This document shows positions 26,515 through 37,146 of a stretch of DNA of 64,000 nt, piece by piece (position 1 is the first letter of the stretch; each line of letters opens with the position of its first letter). A program made the translations under genes and the position numbers. The notes below the pieces were generated by a model. That model saw nothing but the letters and a program-made list of their open reading frames with translations. It was not told the origin of the DNA and searched no databases. The DNA is taken from NCBI RefSeq assembly GCF_006345805.1, contig NC_043014.1:52328001-52392000 (forward strand), in the 5' to 3' direction. Origin of the DNA: Octopus sinensis. Taxonomy: Eukaryota.

Positions 26515-26817
26515 CTGTTCTATATTTTAGAGATGAGGAATTCTGTACATTATTTACAATGGACGGACATGTCCCCTCATCTGGATTCTTGTTACCACAA
26601 CGTTTCGGCTGATTTACTCTCCAGCATTCATCAGATGTCCTGCTGGAACTTTGAACCTAGACCTGGGTTCTCATTCCTCAGGTATTTTTTGCTAATGGTA
26701 CTATCTTTATTATTATTTATTCAAGGCACTGCCTGGAATTGTACTCAGAATCTCGTTATTAGCAACCCGCGCTCTTACTTAATAATTACGCTATATGCCA
26801 GGCAGTGCCTTCAATAA
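26515..26817 (-). mobile_element. tRNA-headed SINE-like element with hammerhead-bearing tail and inverted 5' duplication
   Basis: Minus strand from 26799: ggcatatagcgtaattattaagtaagagcgcgggttgctaataacgagattctgagtacaattccagg (decayed A/B boxes), (AAT)-rich linker, then HHR motif 26637->26596. Inverted arms 26717-26736 and 26798-26817 (19/20 match). Confidence 0.65.
26596..26637 (-). ncRNA. Minimal type I hammerhead ribozyme motif (partly decayed)
   Basis: CAU-CUGAUGA-au-GCUG-gagaguaaau-CAGC-c-GAAA-CG-UU-GUG: intact core boxes, 4-bp helix II, palindromic AACGUU helix III, 3-bp helix I. Confidence 0.6.
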
Positions 26818-26819
26818 AG

Positions 26820-26985
26820 AATAATAATTTTATTACCCACAGGGGGCGACACACAGAGGGGACAAACAAGGACAAAGGGATTAAGTCGATTACATCCAAC
26901 CCAGTGCATAACTGGTACTTATTTAATCAACCCTGAAAGGATGAAAGGCAAAGTCGACCTCGGAGGAATTTGAACTCAGAATGTA
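26820..26985 (-). mobile_element. SINE family B, 5'-truncated
   Basis: ttattacccacagggggcgacacacagaggggacaaacaaggac...gaaaggatgaaaggcaaagtcgacctcggaggaatttgaactcagaa. Confidence 0.85.
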
Positions 26986-27118
26986 AGGGCAGCCCTGTGT
27001 TTGGGAGTGTGGTCAAATTTATTGAGAAACAAAAGCGGATGACAGGTGTAGAAACAAGCAGGTTTATTAGTATAACGCTCGGGAAGAATAGAAAGGTATT
27101 TTACGTTTCCAGCCTACG

Positions 27119-27152
<34 letters not shown>

Positions 27153-27829
27153 AGCACATATGTATGTAGATATATGTATGTATGTACATGCATGTATGTA
27201 TGTATATACCAGTAAACTTCCTAGGTAGCACAGCAGCGAAAACGAGTGTATCGGCGGTTGAAGGATTTAAGTTCGATTCACGGGTTGAATGACACGTTTT
27301 CTGAAACAAGTCATCTCATTTCCTGCTGCTAATCTCTAGATTAGCGACCTAATCTCTACCCGGTCAATATCTCTCCACTGATTATACCCTTGATCATTGG
27401 GTAGTCGTCTATTTACATCCCAAATGCACTGAAAATTTCACAAAATTTCAGCCTCCTTTATAAACCTATAGCATTGAAATTGCATTTCCATACGCTTAGC
27501 AGAAGAGTTTGCAAGTTAACCCTATCTTGTAACAATCTCGATTCACATCTACGCAAAATCCAATACATGTGAGCCGATAGCTACATGTTCATATTAGTGT
27601 GAATGTGAGCAGTTTTCACTATTGCACCACATGTGTAGTATATATCATGTCTGTCAGAAGTCAGTAAAAATAAATAATTTCAATGAAACTCTTTTCCTTT
27701 TTGTTTGTTGACAGTTGTTCGCCGAATAAATCACATTATCTTCAACGAGACAGCTAAATACTTATTAAATTTTGAATGTTAATTTCCTTGTTGTACTGTA
27801 TAATACATAGCTATCCGTGAATGTGTAAT

Positions 27830-28345
27830 ATATATATACGTTAAGTAGACGTAATATATGTATATATATTATATGTGTGTGTGTGCGCCGACGTCTGTAT
27901 ATTTATAAAAATATGTATATATGCACATCTAATAATTGTATATGTATGCACATATACACATATATACAATTGCATATATACATATATATTATACACACAC
28001 ATATTTACTATATTTGTACGTAACAATATATATACACAGAAACATATGCCTATTTAATTGCATATATATGTGCCTGTGCGTATATCCATATAACGATAGA
28101 TATATACGTATTATATGTAATTGCATATATATATACACACATATATGTATTATATATATTTGTATGTATATAACTACATAAGCTATGTACATATATATAT
28201 ATATATATATGTACATTATACATATATATATATGTACACAAACTATGTACATATTTATATACATTCACACATACACACATACATACACACTAACGAACTA
28301 GGTATATATATATATCATTGTACTACGCACACACATGTACGCGTG
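27830..28345. repeat. Degenerate (TA)/(CA)/(TG) low-complexity tract
   Basis: Direct reading; generates six overlapping YIYI/CVCV pseudo-ORFs. Confidence 0.9.
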
Positions 28346-29160
28346 CGTGTCTTTGTAATATATAAATATAAAACTGACTTTTTCAGCAGACATTATTTTG
28401 TAATTTTCGTTTTCTGTTTTTGACACTTAATAGTATGTTACATTTTATCTCGGCAAAAGGACGACTTGTCAAACTTTAATACTTTCGGTGAATTATATCA
28501 CAAATTAAAAATTCTATATTTCTCTCAAATACTCAGGAGATTAGAAAGGCGGTCAATACTTGTTTTCACACCAGAATAATTACTTCGAAAAAGGGGGAAA
28601 AAAAATTCAGTAACTATGGAACTAATTACAGTTGTAATTTACAGGTAGAGTTCAATATTAAAAGCAGTAAATTTCCAGTGTATATTTATTCCTCCATCAT
28701 TCATATTACTGTAGAGTTATGCAAATTTCGATCAGAAAAAAATATATTAAATATTTAGAGAACTAGTTAAAATCTCAAAATGGCGCTTACACAGTTTTCA
28801 GTGTAGTTTTGCTTACGCCATTATGTATCCGTTTTCTTCAGAGAGTACGATTTGATAACTTATACCTATCATTATTAGTAAATCCCGAAATTTTGATTAG
28901 GCCATCGGTTATATTCGTCGGCATATTTCACTGGGATTTATTCTGTGAACCCATTAGAAGAACCTTATACTATTTCTATCTTGGCATATTTGAAGTCAAA
29001 TCAATTCAAAATTTCGAATCACATATTGGAATTTTACGGTTTCAGCTAATCTAAATCTCTGAGTATATTATGTGCATTTCAGAAAAGATAATGTACCTGT
29101 GTAATATCCGGTGTTCGAGCTATTGTGCCACACCATTTATACAGAATATAAGTAATTATA

Positions 29161-29628
29161 TTTTTTCTACTTCAGGCACAAATACTGAAATTCTGCACTA
29201 GGGGACGATTCGAATACATCGACATGAGAATTCAACTGGTACTTATATTACCGACACTACGATGTTGAAAGGCAACACTCGGCCACGGCGGAACAATTCA
29301 GAACTTAAAGACACACAAGCCGAGCCGCCATGCATTGTGCCCCGCGTGTTAACGAATCTGCCAGCTTGTCGCCCCTTAAGAAAAATGATAATCTTCCAAT
29401 CTACGATACGCGCAAGACCTTCAATTTTTCTACTATAGTCACCAAGCCTCACATTTTGTGGGAGGGCACCAGGACTAGATCGATCCCAGTACGCAAGTGA
29501 TGTTTAATTTATCGACCTCAAAGGGATGAAAGGCAATGTCGACCTCGGCGGAACTTGAACTGAGAACGGACGAAATGCCGCTGAGCATTTTTTCCCGGCA
29601 TATCGACGATTCACCCAGCTCACCGCCT
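29161..29628 (-). mobile_element. Two diverged SINE family B copies in tandem (29161-29378, 29428-29628)
   Basis: Each has the ttttctact..aggcacaa tail, a gaaaggcaa.gtcgacctcggcggaa-like centre and a ccagctc.ccgcc head. Confidence 0.75.
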
Positions 29629-29808
29629 TAAATAATAACAATAATAATAATAATAATAATAATAAATAATAATAATAATAATGGTAATAATAATAATGAT
29701 AATAATAATGATAAAAATAATAATAATAATAATGATAATAATAAGGATAATAATAAGGATAATAATAATAATAATGATAATAATAATAATAATAATGATA
29801 TAATAATG

Positions 29809-29842
<34 letters not shown>

Positions 29843-29968
29843 TAACAATATTAATAATAATAATAATAATAATAATGATAAAAATAATAATAATAATGAT
29901 AAAAATAATAATAATAATAATAATAATAACAACAATAACAATAACAATAATTATAATAATAATAAATT
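29629..29968. repeat. (AAT)n microsatellite, about 340 bp
   Basis: Direct reading; source of the poly-L/Y and poly-I ORFs. Confidence 0.97.
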
Positions 29969-30464
29969 ATATGACTGTCCGATTTCATTATCGTAATTTC
30001 GTTTCGCTACAAGAATGAACTGAAATCATCTCCGCTTCCAGAATGGCTTATAAAACCCACTGTTATAAATCACAGCAGCAAATTATCGATACAGGAAACA
30101 GATGAGTACAAACATCAAAGGAAATTTCTATGCCATCCGTTATACTAGATTTTACTGCTAATTAACTTCCCGGTTGTCTTTCCGCTAAAAAAAAAAAATG
30201 ATAACCGATAGAATTTTCTCACTTGAAAGAAGCATTTTGTGTTTTTTGTTGGTTTCTGGTTTTTCTCTCCTTTACGAGACGCAATATTGTGTCATTGATG
30301 TGATTTATAGTATACACATAAGTTTTAATATAAAGTTTATGATATCATGATGACATATGTTAATGGTGTAAATGATGATGTTTACGGCGACACTGACAAA
30401 AATTATGACGCTAATTACGACTACGATACATACAAGTCTCCTAATTTTTTTTCTCTCTCCAGAT

Positions 30465-30541
<77 letters not shown>

Positions 30542-30899
30542 CTAGCAGTATCGCCCGGCGTTGCTCGGGTTTGTAAGGGAAATTAAGCATTTTTAGAAAG
30601 TTATGGCCAAAAAATAGCAAAAACATGCATTAAAAATGGAAAACAAAATGATGGTAATTCTTTTTTTAAATCGTTGACTCATCGTAGACAATTTTAGAGA
30701 GTTACTTCCCTTATATAATAGCGAAAGAAATGCATTAAAATCGAAAAAATGGTAATTTTTTTTTAAATCGTAGACTCATCGATATGAATCACGACTATAA
30801 GATACCCAGTTTTGGTTAAACTGCACCGCAAAATGTGGGAGTAGTTAGGAATCTAAATCGTAGGAGACAGACACACAACTTCACTTTTATATATAAAGA
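30542..30899 (-). mobile_element. Non-autonomous Helitron (same family as 16644-17040)
   Basis: Reverse complement starts TC(tttatatataaaag) and ends cccgagcaacgccgggcgatactgCTAG; A|T target site. Confidence 0.87.
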
Positions 30900-31106
30900 T
30901 ATCTGGGGTGGTGGTGTTACTTTAAACCGAGAATATTTTGAGAGTGACTGGAAGTTTCAGCCATCGCAGTGTGCTGATGGCTTAGGCGGGTGAAACTTCG
31001 AAGTCATTGTCAATGTTATTCGTACTTAGGAACATGAAAGTACAGAGCAACCAACATATTAATGTAAAATGGCTTTTATTCATAAGTGAACTTAGAAATA
31101 ATCATT

Positions 31107-31145
<39 letters not shown>

Positions 31146-31161
31146 TATATATATACTCATA

Positions 31162-31486
31162 GCACTCCGATCGATGAACAGCCTGGTCATGAATTAAACA
31201 GCAAGTGGTTGAGCACTCCACAGACACGTGTCTCTAAACGTGGTTCTAGGGGAGATTCAGCGTGACAGAGTGTAACAAGGATGGCCCTTTGAAATGCAGA
31301 TACAAGAGAAAGAGAAAGGTGTAGTGAAAAAGTACAGCGGGGTTCTCCACCGACCCCTGCCGGAGCCACGTAGAGCTTTAGGTGTTTTCGCTCAAATAAA
31401 CACTCACAATGCCCGGTCTCGGATTCGAAAACGCGAAGCTGCGACACCGAGTCTGCTGCTCTAACAACTGCGCCATTGTTCCTCCA
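31162..31486 (-). mobile_element. SINE family C (tail 1), diverged
   Basis: gagcactccacagacacgtg...cctgccggagccacgtagagctttaggtgttttcgctcaa...gccattgttcctcca. Confidence 0.85.
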
Positions 31487-31683
31487 CTATATATATATAT
31501 ACACATACATACATACAGACACACACACAGATATTTAACAAAACTGGCCGACGAACGGGAACGTGCAACTTTCAGTAACAGCTTTTGTTATATTCTGCTG
31601 CTTCTAAATATAGCATATTACTCTACCTCTGGTATTTAAGTACTCTTTTTTCCACCTTGTTTCACATTTATGTGCTTACTCCA

Positions 31684-31736
<53 letters not shown>

Positions 31737-32249
31737 CATACTATAGGCAGACAGGCAGACAGGCAGACAGACAGACAGACAGACAGGTAGACAGATAGAT
31801 AGACAGACAGACAGACAGATAGACAGACAGACATAGATACACAAATACAAATGTTTAAGCGTACGCGTGAACTTTTCCTGCCTGTGGCCGAGTGTTTAAG
31901 ATATCGCTTGATAGATTAAAATAATTGACTTCGGTTCCCCGGTAGCATCTCAAGAATATTTTCTTTATCAACCATCTTTAATTCGACTGAGAAATGGTTG
32001 TGAAATACGTAGAAATTAATATTTCAGTTACCTTTCAGTTAATCTTAATTTCATTCTGGCCTTGTTAAGCATTGCGTTTGAATGACACTCATTGGACAAT
32101 GCATCAAGGCTTCCATTCCCTTTGGAATACTCGGCCACTTAGTCTAAGTTGAAAACTATTCAGTGATTTGATAGCGCTTGTGATTGACTGCGTAGGTATT
32201 CGCCGTGTCAAAATATATGCTGACATTTAAGATATGTGAATGTTTATCC

Positions 32250-32371
32250 GTTTGTACGCAGCCATTGTATATGAAAGCAACGCCTCTTGTCCGATCATCC
32301 TGGTTAAGCAACATTAGAACTGGTCAATGCTCGGCTGGGTGACTGCCTGGGAAACCTAGGTGTTGTAAACA
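32250..32371 (+). pseudogene. Decayed 5S rRNA copy
   Basis: gtttgtacgcagccatt...ctcttgtccgatcatcctggttaagcaacattagaactggtcaatgctcggctgggtgactgcctgggaaacctaggtgttgtaaac is colinear with metazoan 5S (CTCGTCCGATC, GTTAAGCAAC box A, GGATGGGTGACCGCCTGGGAA box C). ~120 nt, many substitutions, no oligo-T terminator. Confidence 0.85.
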
Positions 32372-32478
32372 TCTTAATTATTTAGGCCTAGCTTTATACT
32401 AACAAGTTTGCTTCTCCACATGGGTCCAGCTTCCGGTGTTCAGCCCCACTCCGTAGCACTTCGTGTATGTTAACTGTA

Positions 32479-32809
32479 TCAGGTCATCCCATAAGTTCTG
32501 TCCGATTTCACCATTTTTTTAAAAAAGATTGAATAAAATTTAATAGTATTTTCGAATGTCTCATGGAATTAAAAAATAGTTTTATGCATTTGTGCACATT
32601 TAAACTAATTAAATATTATTTTACAGAATAATAGAATTAACACTTCTTTAATTAAAACCCTTCCTAACATGGAAGTATCCAAATAGCATTTGAGCCACAT
32701 GATTCTTTATGAGTACGAAAAAGGAAACTCTGCAGCCGAAGCGATTCGAAACATACACTCAGTTATTGGAACGACTGCTTGAATGAAAGAACTTGCAGGA
32801 GATGGTTTT
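32479..32809 (+). mobile_element. Mariner-like transposon 5' fragment (TIR and N-terminal HTH)
   Basis: TA followed by TIR-like tcaggtcatcccataagttctgtccgattt; from ATG 32669: MEVSK*HLSHMILYEYEKGNSAAEAIRNIHSV/..DCLNERTCRRWF, the mariner first-HTH pattern; truncated at (TA)n. Confidence 0.85.
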
Positions 32810-32820
32810 ATTTATTTATA

Positions 32821-32886
<66 letters not shown>

Positions 32887-32890
<4 letters not shown>

Positions 32891-33338
32891 AATAATGAAG
32901 GGTGAAATTAAATTAAATTAAATTTCACAAATTGAATTCGGTGATACCAGTTGCGGGTTCTAGCTCGCTCTGATACTGAGTGAGTTGGTGCCTTCTGGTA
33001 TCTCAAAATTCAATATATAATCATTTATGATTATAGTATTCTACGCTGAAGAGAAAAGAAGTTTCGGTAAGATAGAATTATTTATTATTTAATATTTAAT
33101 ATTTATTCGTATGCTTTCCTTAAAACTTGATTTCGAAACGTACGTCCGTGGATAACTAAAAAAATGTATGATAGATTGCAGTCAATTCATTCTCTCTTAC
33201 CTGTTTGTGCCTTCCAAATGCTGTTTTTACTGAGATCTCCCTTTTTAGTAGAAGAAATAGCTATAACCCTTTGACTGCTATTTCTAAATTCGGTATGTGG
33301 TAAGGCAACTCGTTGCTAAACCCTTATTGCTTAGTATT

Positions 33339-33342
<4 letters not shown>
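32887..33342 (+). mobile_element. Non-coding, hairpin-rich, hammerhead-containing element (retrozyme or non-autonomous PLE-like) embedded in (TA)n
   Basis: Bounded by (TA)n on both sides; consecutive inverted repeats (32902-32928, 32932-33013, 33016-33035, 33253-33285) plus a central HHR; no ORF. Confidence 0.7.
33040..33152 (+). ncRNA. Type I hammerhead ribozyme with palindromic helix III; predicted cleavage after C33146
   Basis: Helix I UCUACG (33040-45)/CGUGGA (33147-52); core CUGAAGA (33046-52); helix II GAAA-ag-AAGUUU/AAACUU-ga-UUUC; GAAA (33135-38); helix III palindrome ACGUACGU; GUC triplet at 33144-46. All conserved core nucleotides are present. Confidence 0.85.
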
Positions 33343-33375
<33 letters not shown>

Positions 33376-34285
33376 GTTTGTGTTTTTATTTGCAGTTAAA
33401 ATGAAAATAATTTTCGATTAATCTGATAAGATACTGTACACTTTTGTAGAGTACAGATTTATTATTCTTAAACAAAAATGATGTTCAGAGAGAATTCGAA
33501 GTTTTGGTCAGCTAGTCTGTGCTTTCCTCGCTAAAGTCTAATGAATATATGCTCAATGTTATATGTAAAGGCATGAAGACTAACATTGAGTTTTTCTATG
33601 AAATACAATGACTCACTACATTTGGATTAATGCTAATTTATTTTCACTCAAGACAAGTCTTAAGAAGTGACTCGAATACTGCAAATTTCGTACGCGGTCC
33701 TTCATTTACTCTTAAAAATCTGTTACACACGTACACTTATATATATTATATATATATATATATTCCGCTGTATGTTGTGTAAAATCGATCCATTCGAAAC
33801 CGATAGATATGACAGATTTTTATAGCCATCTTTTTTCCTTCCTATTTCCAAATGATTAACGACATGTGTCAGAGACGTTGCGCAGTGAATGCTAATACAT
33901 AATTGAGAAATTTATAACACTATATATCTACATATAATCAGACATTTTCTATGTTATTATTATTTTTACTATTATTATTGCTATATTTTTTTGGTGTTTC
34001 GTCTACGTCATAATTGATGTTTGTATAAGATATAAGTATATTTTGTCAGCAAGTGTAAAATGAGGCTGGCAACATAACGAAGGGTGATGTATCATTTCAG
34101 TGTTTTCCATTAAGTTTGTTGACAATATGCATAGAATTTATGGCTTTCATATTTGGCATCTTATTAGCGACAAACTAGCAGTAAACTCAAGTGGATGGCA
34201 GACAGTGGGCGTGGAAATTGCACGCTATCTCAAGCGCGCGCGCACACACACTCGCAAATCCATACACATATATACATACAGCAAC

Positions 34286-34323
<38 letters not shown>

Positions 34324-34888
34324 CACACATAATATATATTTTATCCTTGCGAATCCCTTATCCGAAATCCCTGGATGCAAAAATGTTGCGAATTTTGGAG
34401 TACTTAAATATTTGAAATTATAAGATGGAATTCGGTCTCTAATCTGTAGACCCTATCTTATCCATTTGCATTTCGTTATATAACTTATTCATATACCCTT
34501 ATAGAAATTTTATATAACACTGTTTCCGTTTTTCTATAACACCATGAGAAATGTAAGGTATCATTTTCCATTTACGATGTCATGTTTTGATTAAAATCTT
34601 TACATTGCACGCATGCGATTTTTGCTTTATATTTATGTATTCTAGCAAAGAAATATTAGGGTTTTTTTTTTGCTTTTTAGGTGTAGGAAGATAGCATTGA
34701 ATATGATTACAGGTGAATAAATGAAAACTATAAGAGTTAACATTTTCATTTTAAAGTAATGTATGTACAGTTAATGGCCATTCATGTTTTACTAATCATA
34801 GATGCACATGGACAGAAACAAACAAACAAGGGACAACGTGGCTGCAAAGCGCGCTTCTTACGCACACAGTTATGATTATACCTGGTTT

Positions 34889-35264
34889 GTTCGTTTAGTC
34901 GTCGGCTTGTTCCAATCATTGGATTGCAGCCATGATTGGAACGCTGCTTTGAAGTGATTTTAGGCGAATGAATCGACCACTGTACGTATTCTATCGGTGT
35001 TTTTTTGCCAAACCACCAAGTCACTAAGACATAAACCAACAACTTTTTCAGCGGTAAGAGGGGCAGACACACACATACACACACACATACACACACACAC
35101 ATACATACACACACATACACACACACATACATACACACACATACATACACACACATACACACACACATACATACACACACACACACATACACACACACAT
35201 ACATACACACACACATACATACACACACACATACATACACACACATACACACATACATACATAC

Positions 35265-35295
<31 letters not shown>

Positions 35296-35609
35296 TACAT
35301 ACATACACACACATACATACATACACACATACATACATACATACAGACAGGTAGATAAATAGATAGTGAGAATTTACAAAAAACAAAATACGAAGACGTG
35401 TGATTAAACAACAAACAGATGTATTTGTTTAACTCTCGGGAAGTAATGACGGGCTTCATTCAGTTTCCTCCAACCAAATATACTGACAAGTTTGGTTTGC
35501 TTGCGGCTACATTAGCTGGCACTTGCCGAAGGTGGCACGTAATGGAACTGAATCCAGAACCATATTGTCGGAAAGGAAGCTTCTTACACCGCAACCACGC
35601 CTGCTCCTA
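34889..35609 (-). mobile_element. Old SINE family A copy with a ~280-bp expanded internal (CA)/(CATA)n tract (35068-35347)
   Basis: Tail remnant (gattgcagccatgattggaacgctgc...attctatcggtgttttttgccaaacc) and head remnant (cagtttcc...acttgccgaaggtggcacg...accacgcctgctcct) flank the microsatellite. Confidence 0.75.
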
Positions 35610-36660
35610 GCTAATTAAAAGCAGTTTGCAGATGGTTTATTTGGTAGAATGTTTCCCAATCTTGTGAGTTGAAATGTTCTAAACTTACATCTGAAATATT
35701 TTCACAAGCATTTGTATTGTGAACCGACCTATAAATACATACCGAGCGTAAAGCACAGCGTATAACAGTAATAAAGTGGAACAATGTATAATTAACATGG
35801 TTTTACAGTCAGGTAGAGTTGAGTTAATGCACGTTTTATTCGAAATGTGTCACGATAAACGCGCTTACACTGCAACATTGCTTCAACAGATTCTATCAAC
35901 ATCTTGCCGAAATGATATGAGTGAATAAGTAAATCACGTCAGCAATAAAGAGAGAGAGTTGCGTACAGGGAAGAACGATTCCATTAGATGAATTCCGTTA
36001 TTTCACTATTGTTGCGTTAAGTATCTATAATGACATTCGAAAATCGATATATATTTTATTAAAAGCATTACTCTGATAGGTATATAGCAGTACTTCATTA
36101 CACCTACCCACACTGTAAGGTTGTATATGTATATTTATGAGTCATATAAATTCCGTTGCAGAATAGATATTAAATTGTCATTTGTACCCGAGATGAGTCT
36201 ACGCTTACAAATAGAGAACGGAGTTTATATCGAACTTACAGGAAACATAACTTCTGTGATGCATTTAGTGTAGACATTGGTCGTAAATAAGGAGAGTGAG
36301 ACGAGTAATAATTCATTTTGTGGTGCGATCTTGATTGTTTCTGATATCCTGGGAAGATTTGCTTCAAAACGGAATTAGTAATATTACAACGTTAATTTAT
36401 CGGGTAAATATAGATATGATAACAAAGACACGCACACAGACACGTATAGTATACATACAATAAATGTACATGAATTTTCAGCAACATACATGCACTTTGG
36501 CCTGTTATAAATAAATATAAACATGCGTATACGTTATAAAGTAGATGATTATGAATTTGAAACAATAATGATATGTTTTCACATGTAAGCACTTGAAGAG
36601 GAAACATGCATTCACACACATAAATATGGTCATATATATATATATATATACACACATATG

Positions 36661-36725
<65 letters not shown>

Positions 36726-36816
36726 CACACATATGGTTTTATATATATATATAGATATATATATATAATATATATACACACATATGGTTTTATATATATA
36801 TATATATATATATACT

Positions 36817-37146
36817 GGGACCCCCTTCGGTCACGACACTGACCATGGGATTGCACCTAGAAAGTTACCCTCCTAGTCACAAGTCTGGGCAAGGTGGTTT
36901 TATGGAAGACGAGCAGTCGCCCATGCATACCGGCCTTCCCTCTCCACGCCACCAGTGTTATCCAAGGGAAAGGCAAATGGGCCAATACAGCTTGGCATCC
37001 GTGACGTCGCAACTCATTTCTACAGCTGAGTGAACTGGAGCAACGTGAAGTAAAGTGTCTTGCTCAAGAACGCAACACGCAGCCCGGTCCGGGATTCGAG
37101 CTGACAACTTCACGATCGTAAGCTCGACGCTCTAACCACTGAGCCA
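36817..37146 (-). mobile_element. SINE family D, near full length
   Basis: Reverse complement tggctcagtggttagagcgtcgagcttacgatcgtg...tcgaatcccggaccgggctgcgtgttg..ttcttgagcaagacacttt...ctaggtgcaatcccatggtc. Confidence 0.9.

Noticed and set aside
34782-35459. Longest ORF (225 aa) and the other YIYI/CVCV/HTHT/poly-L/poly-I ORFs
   Set aside because: Translations of microsatellites.
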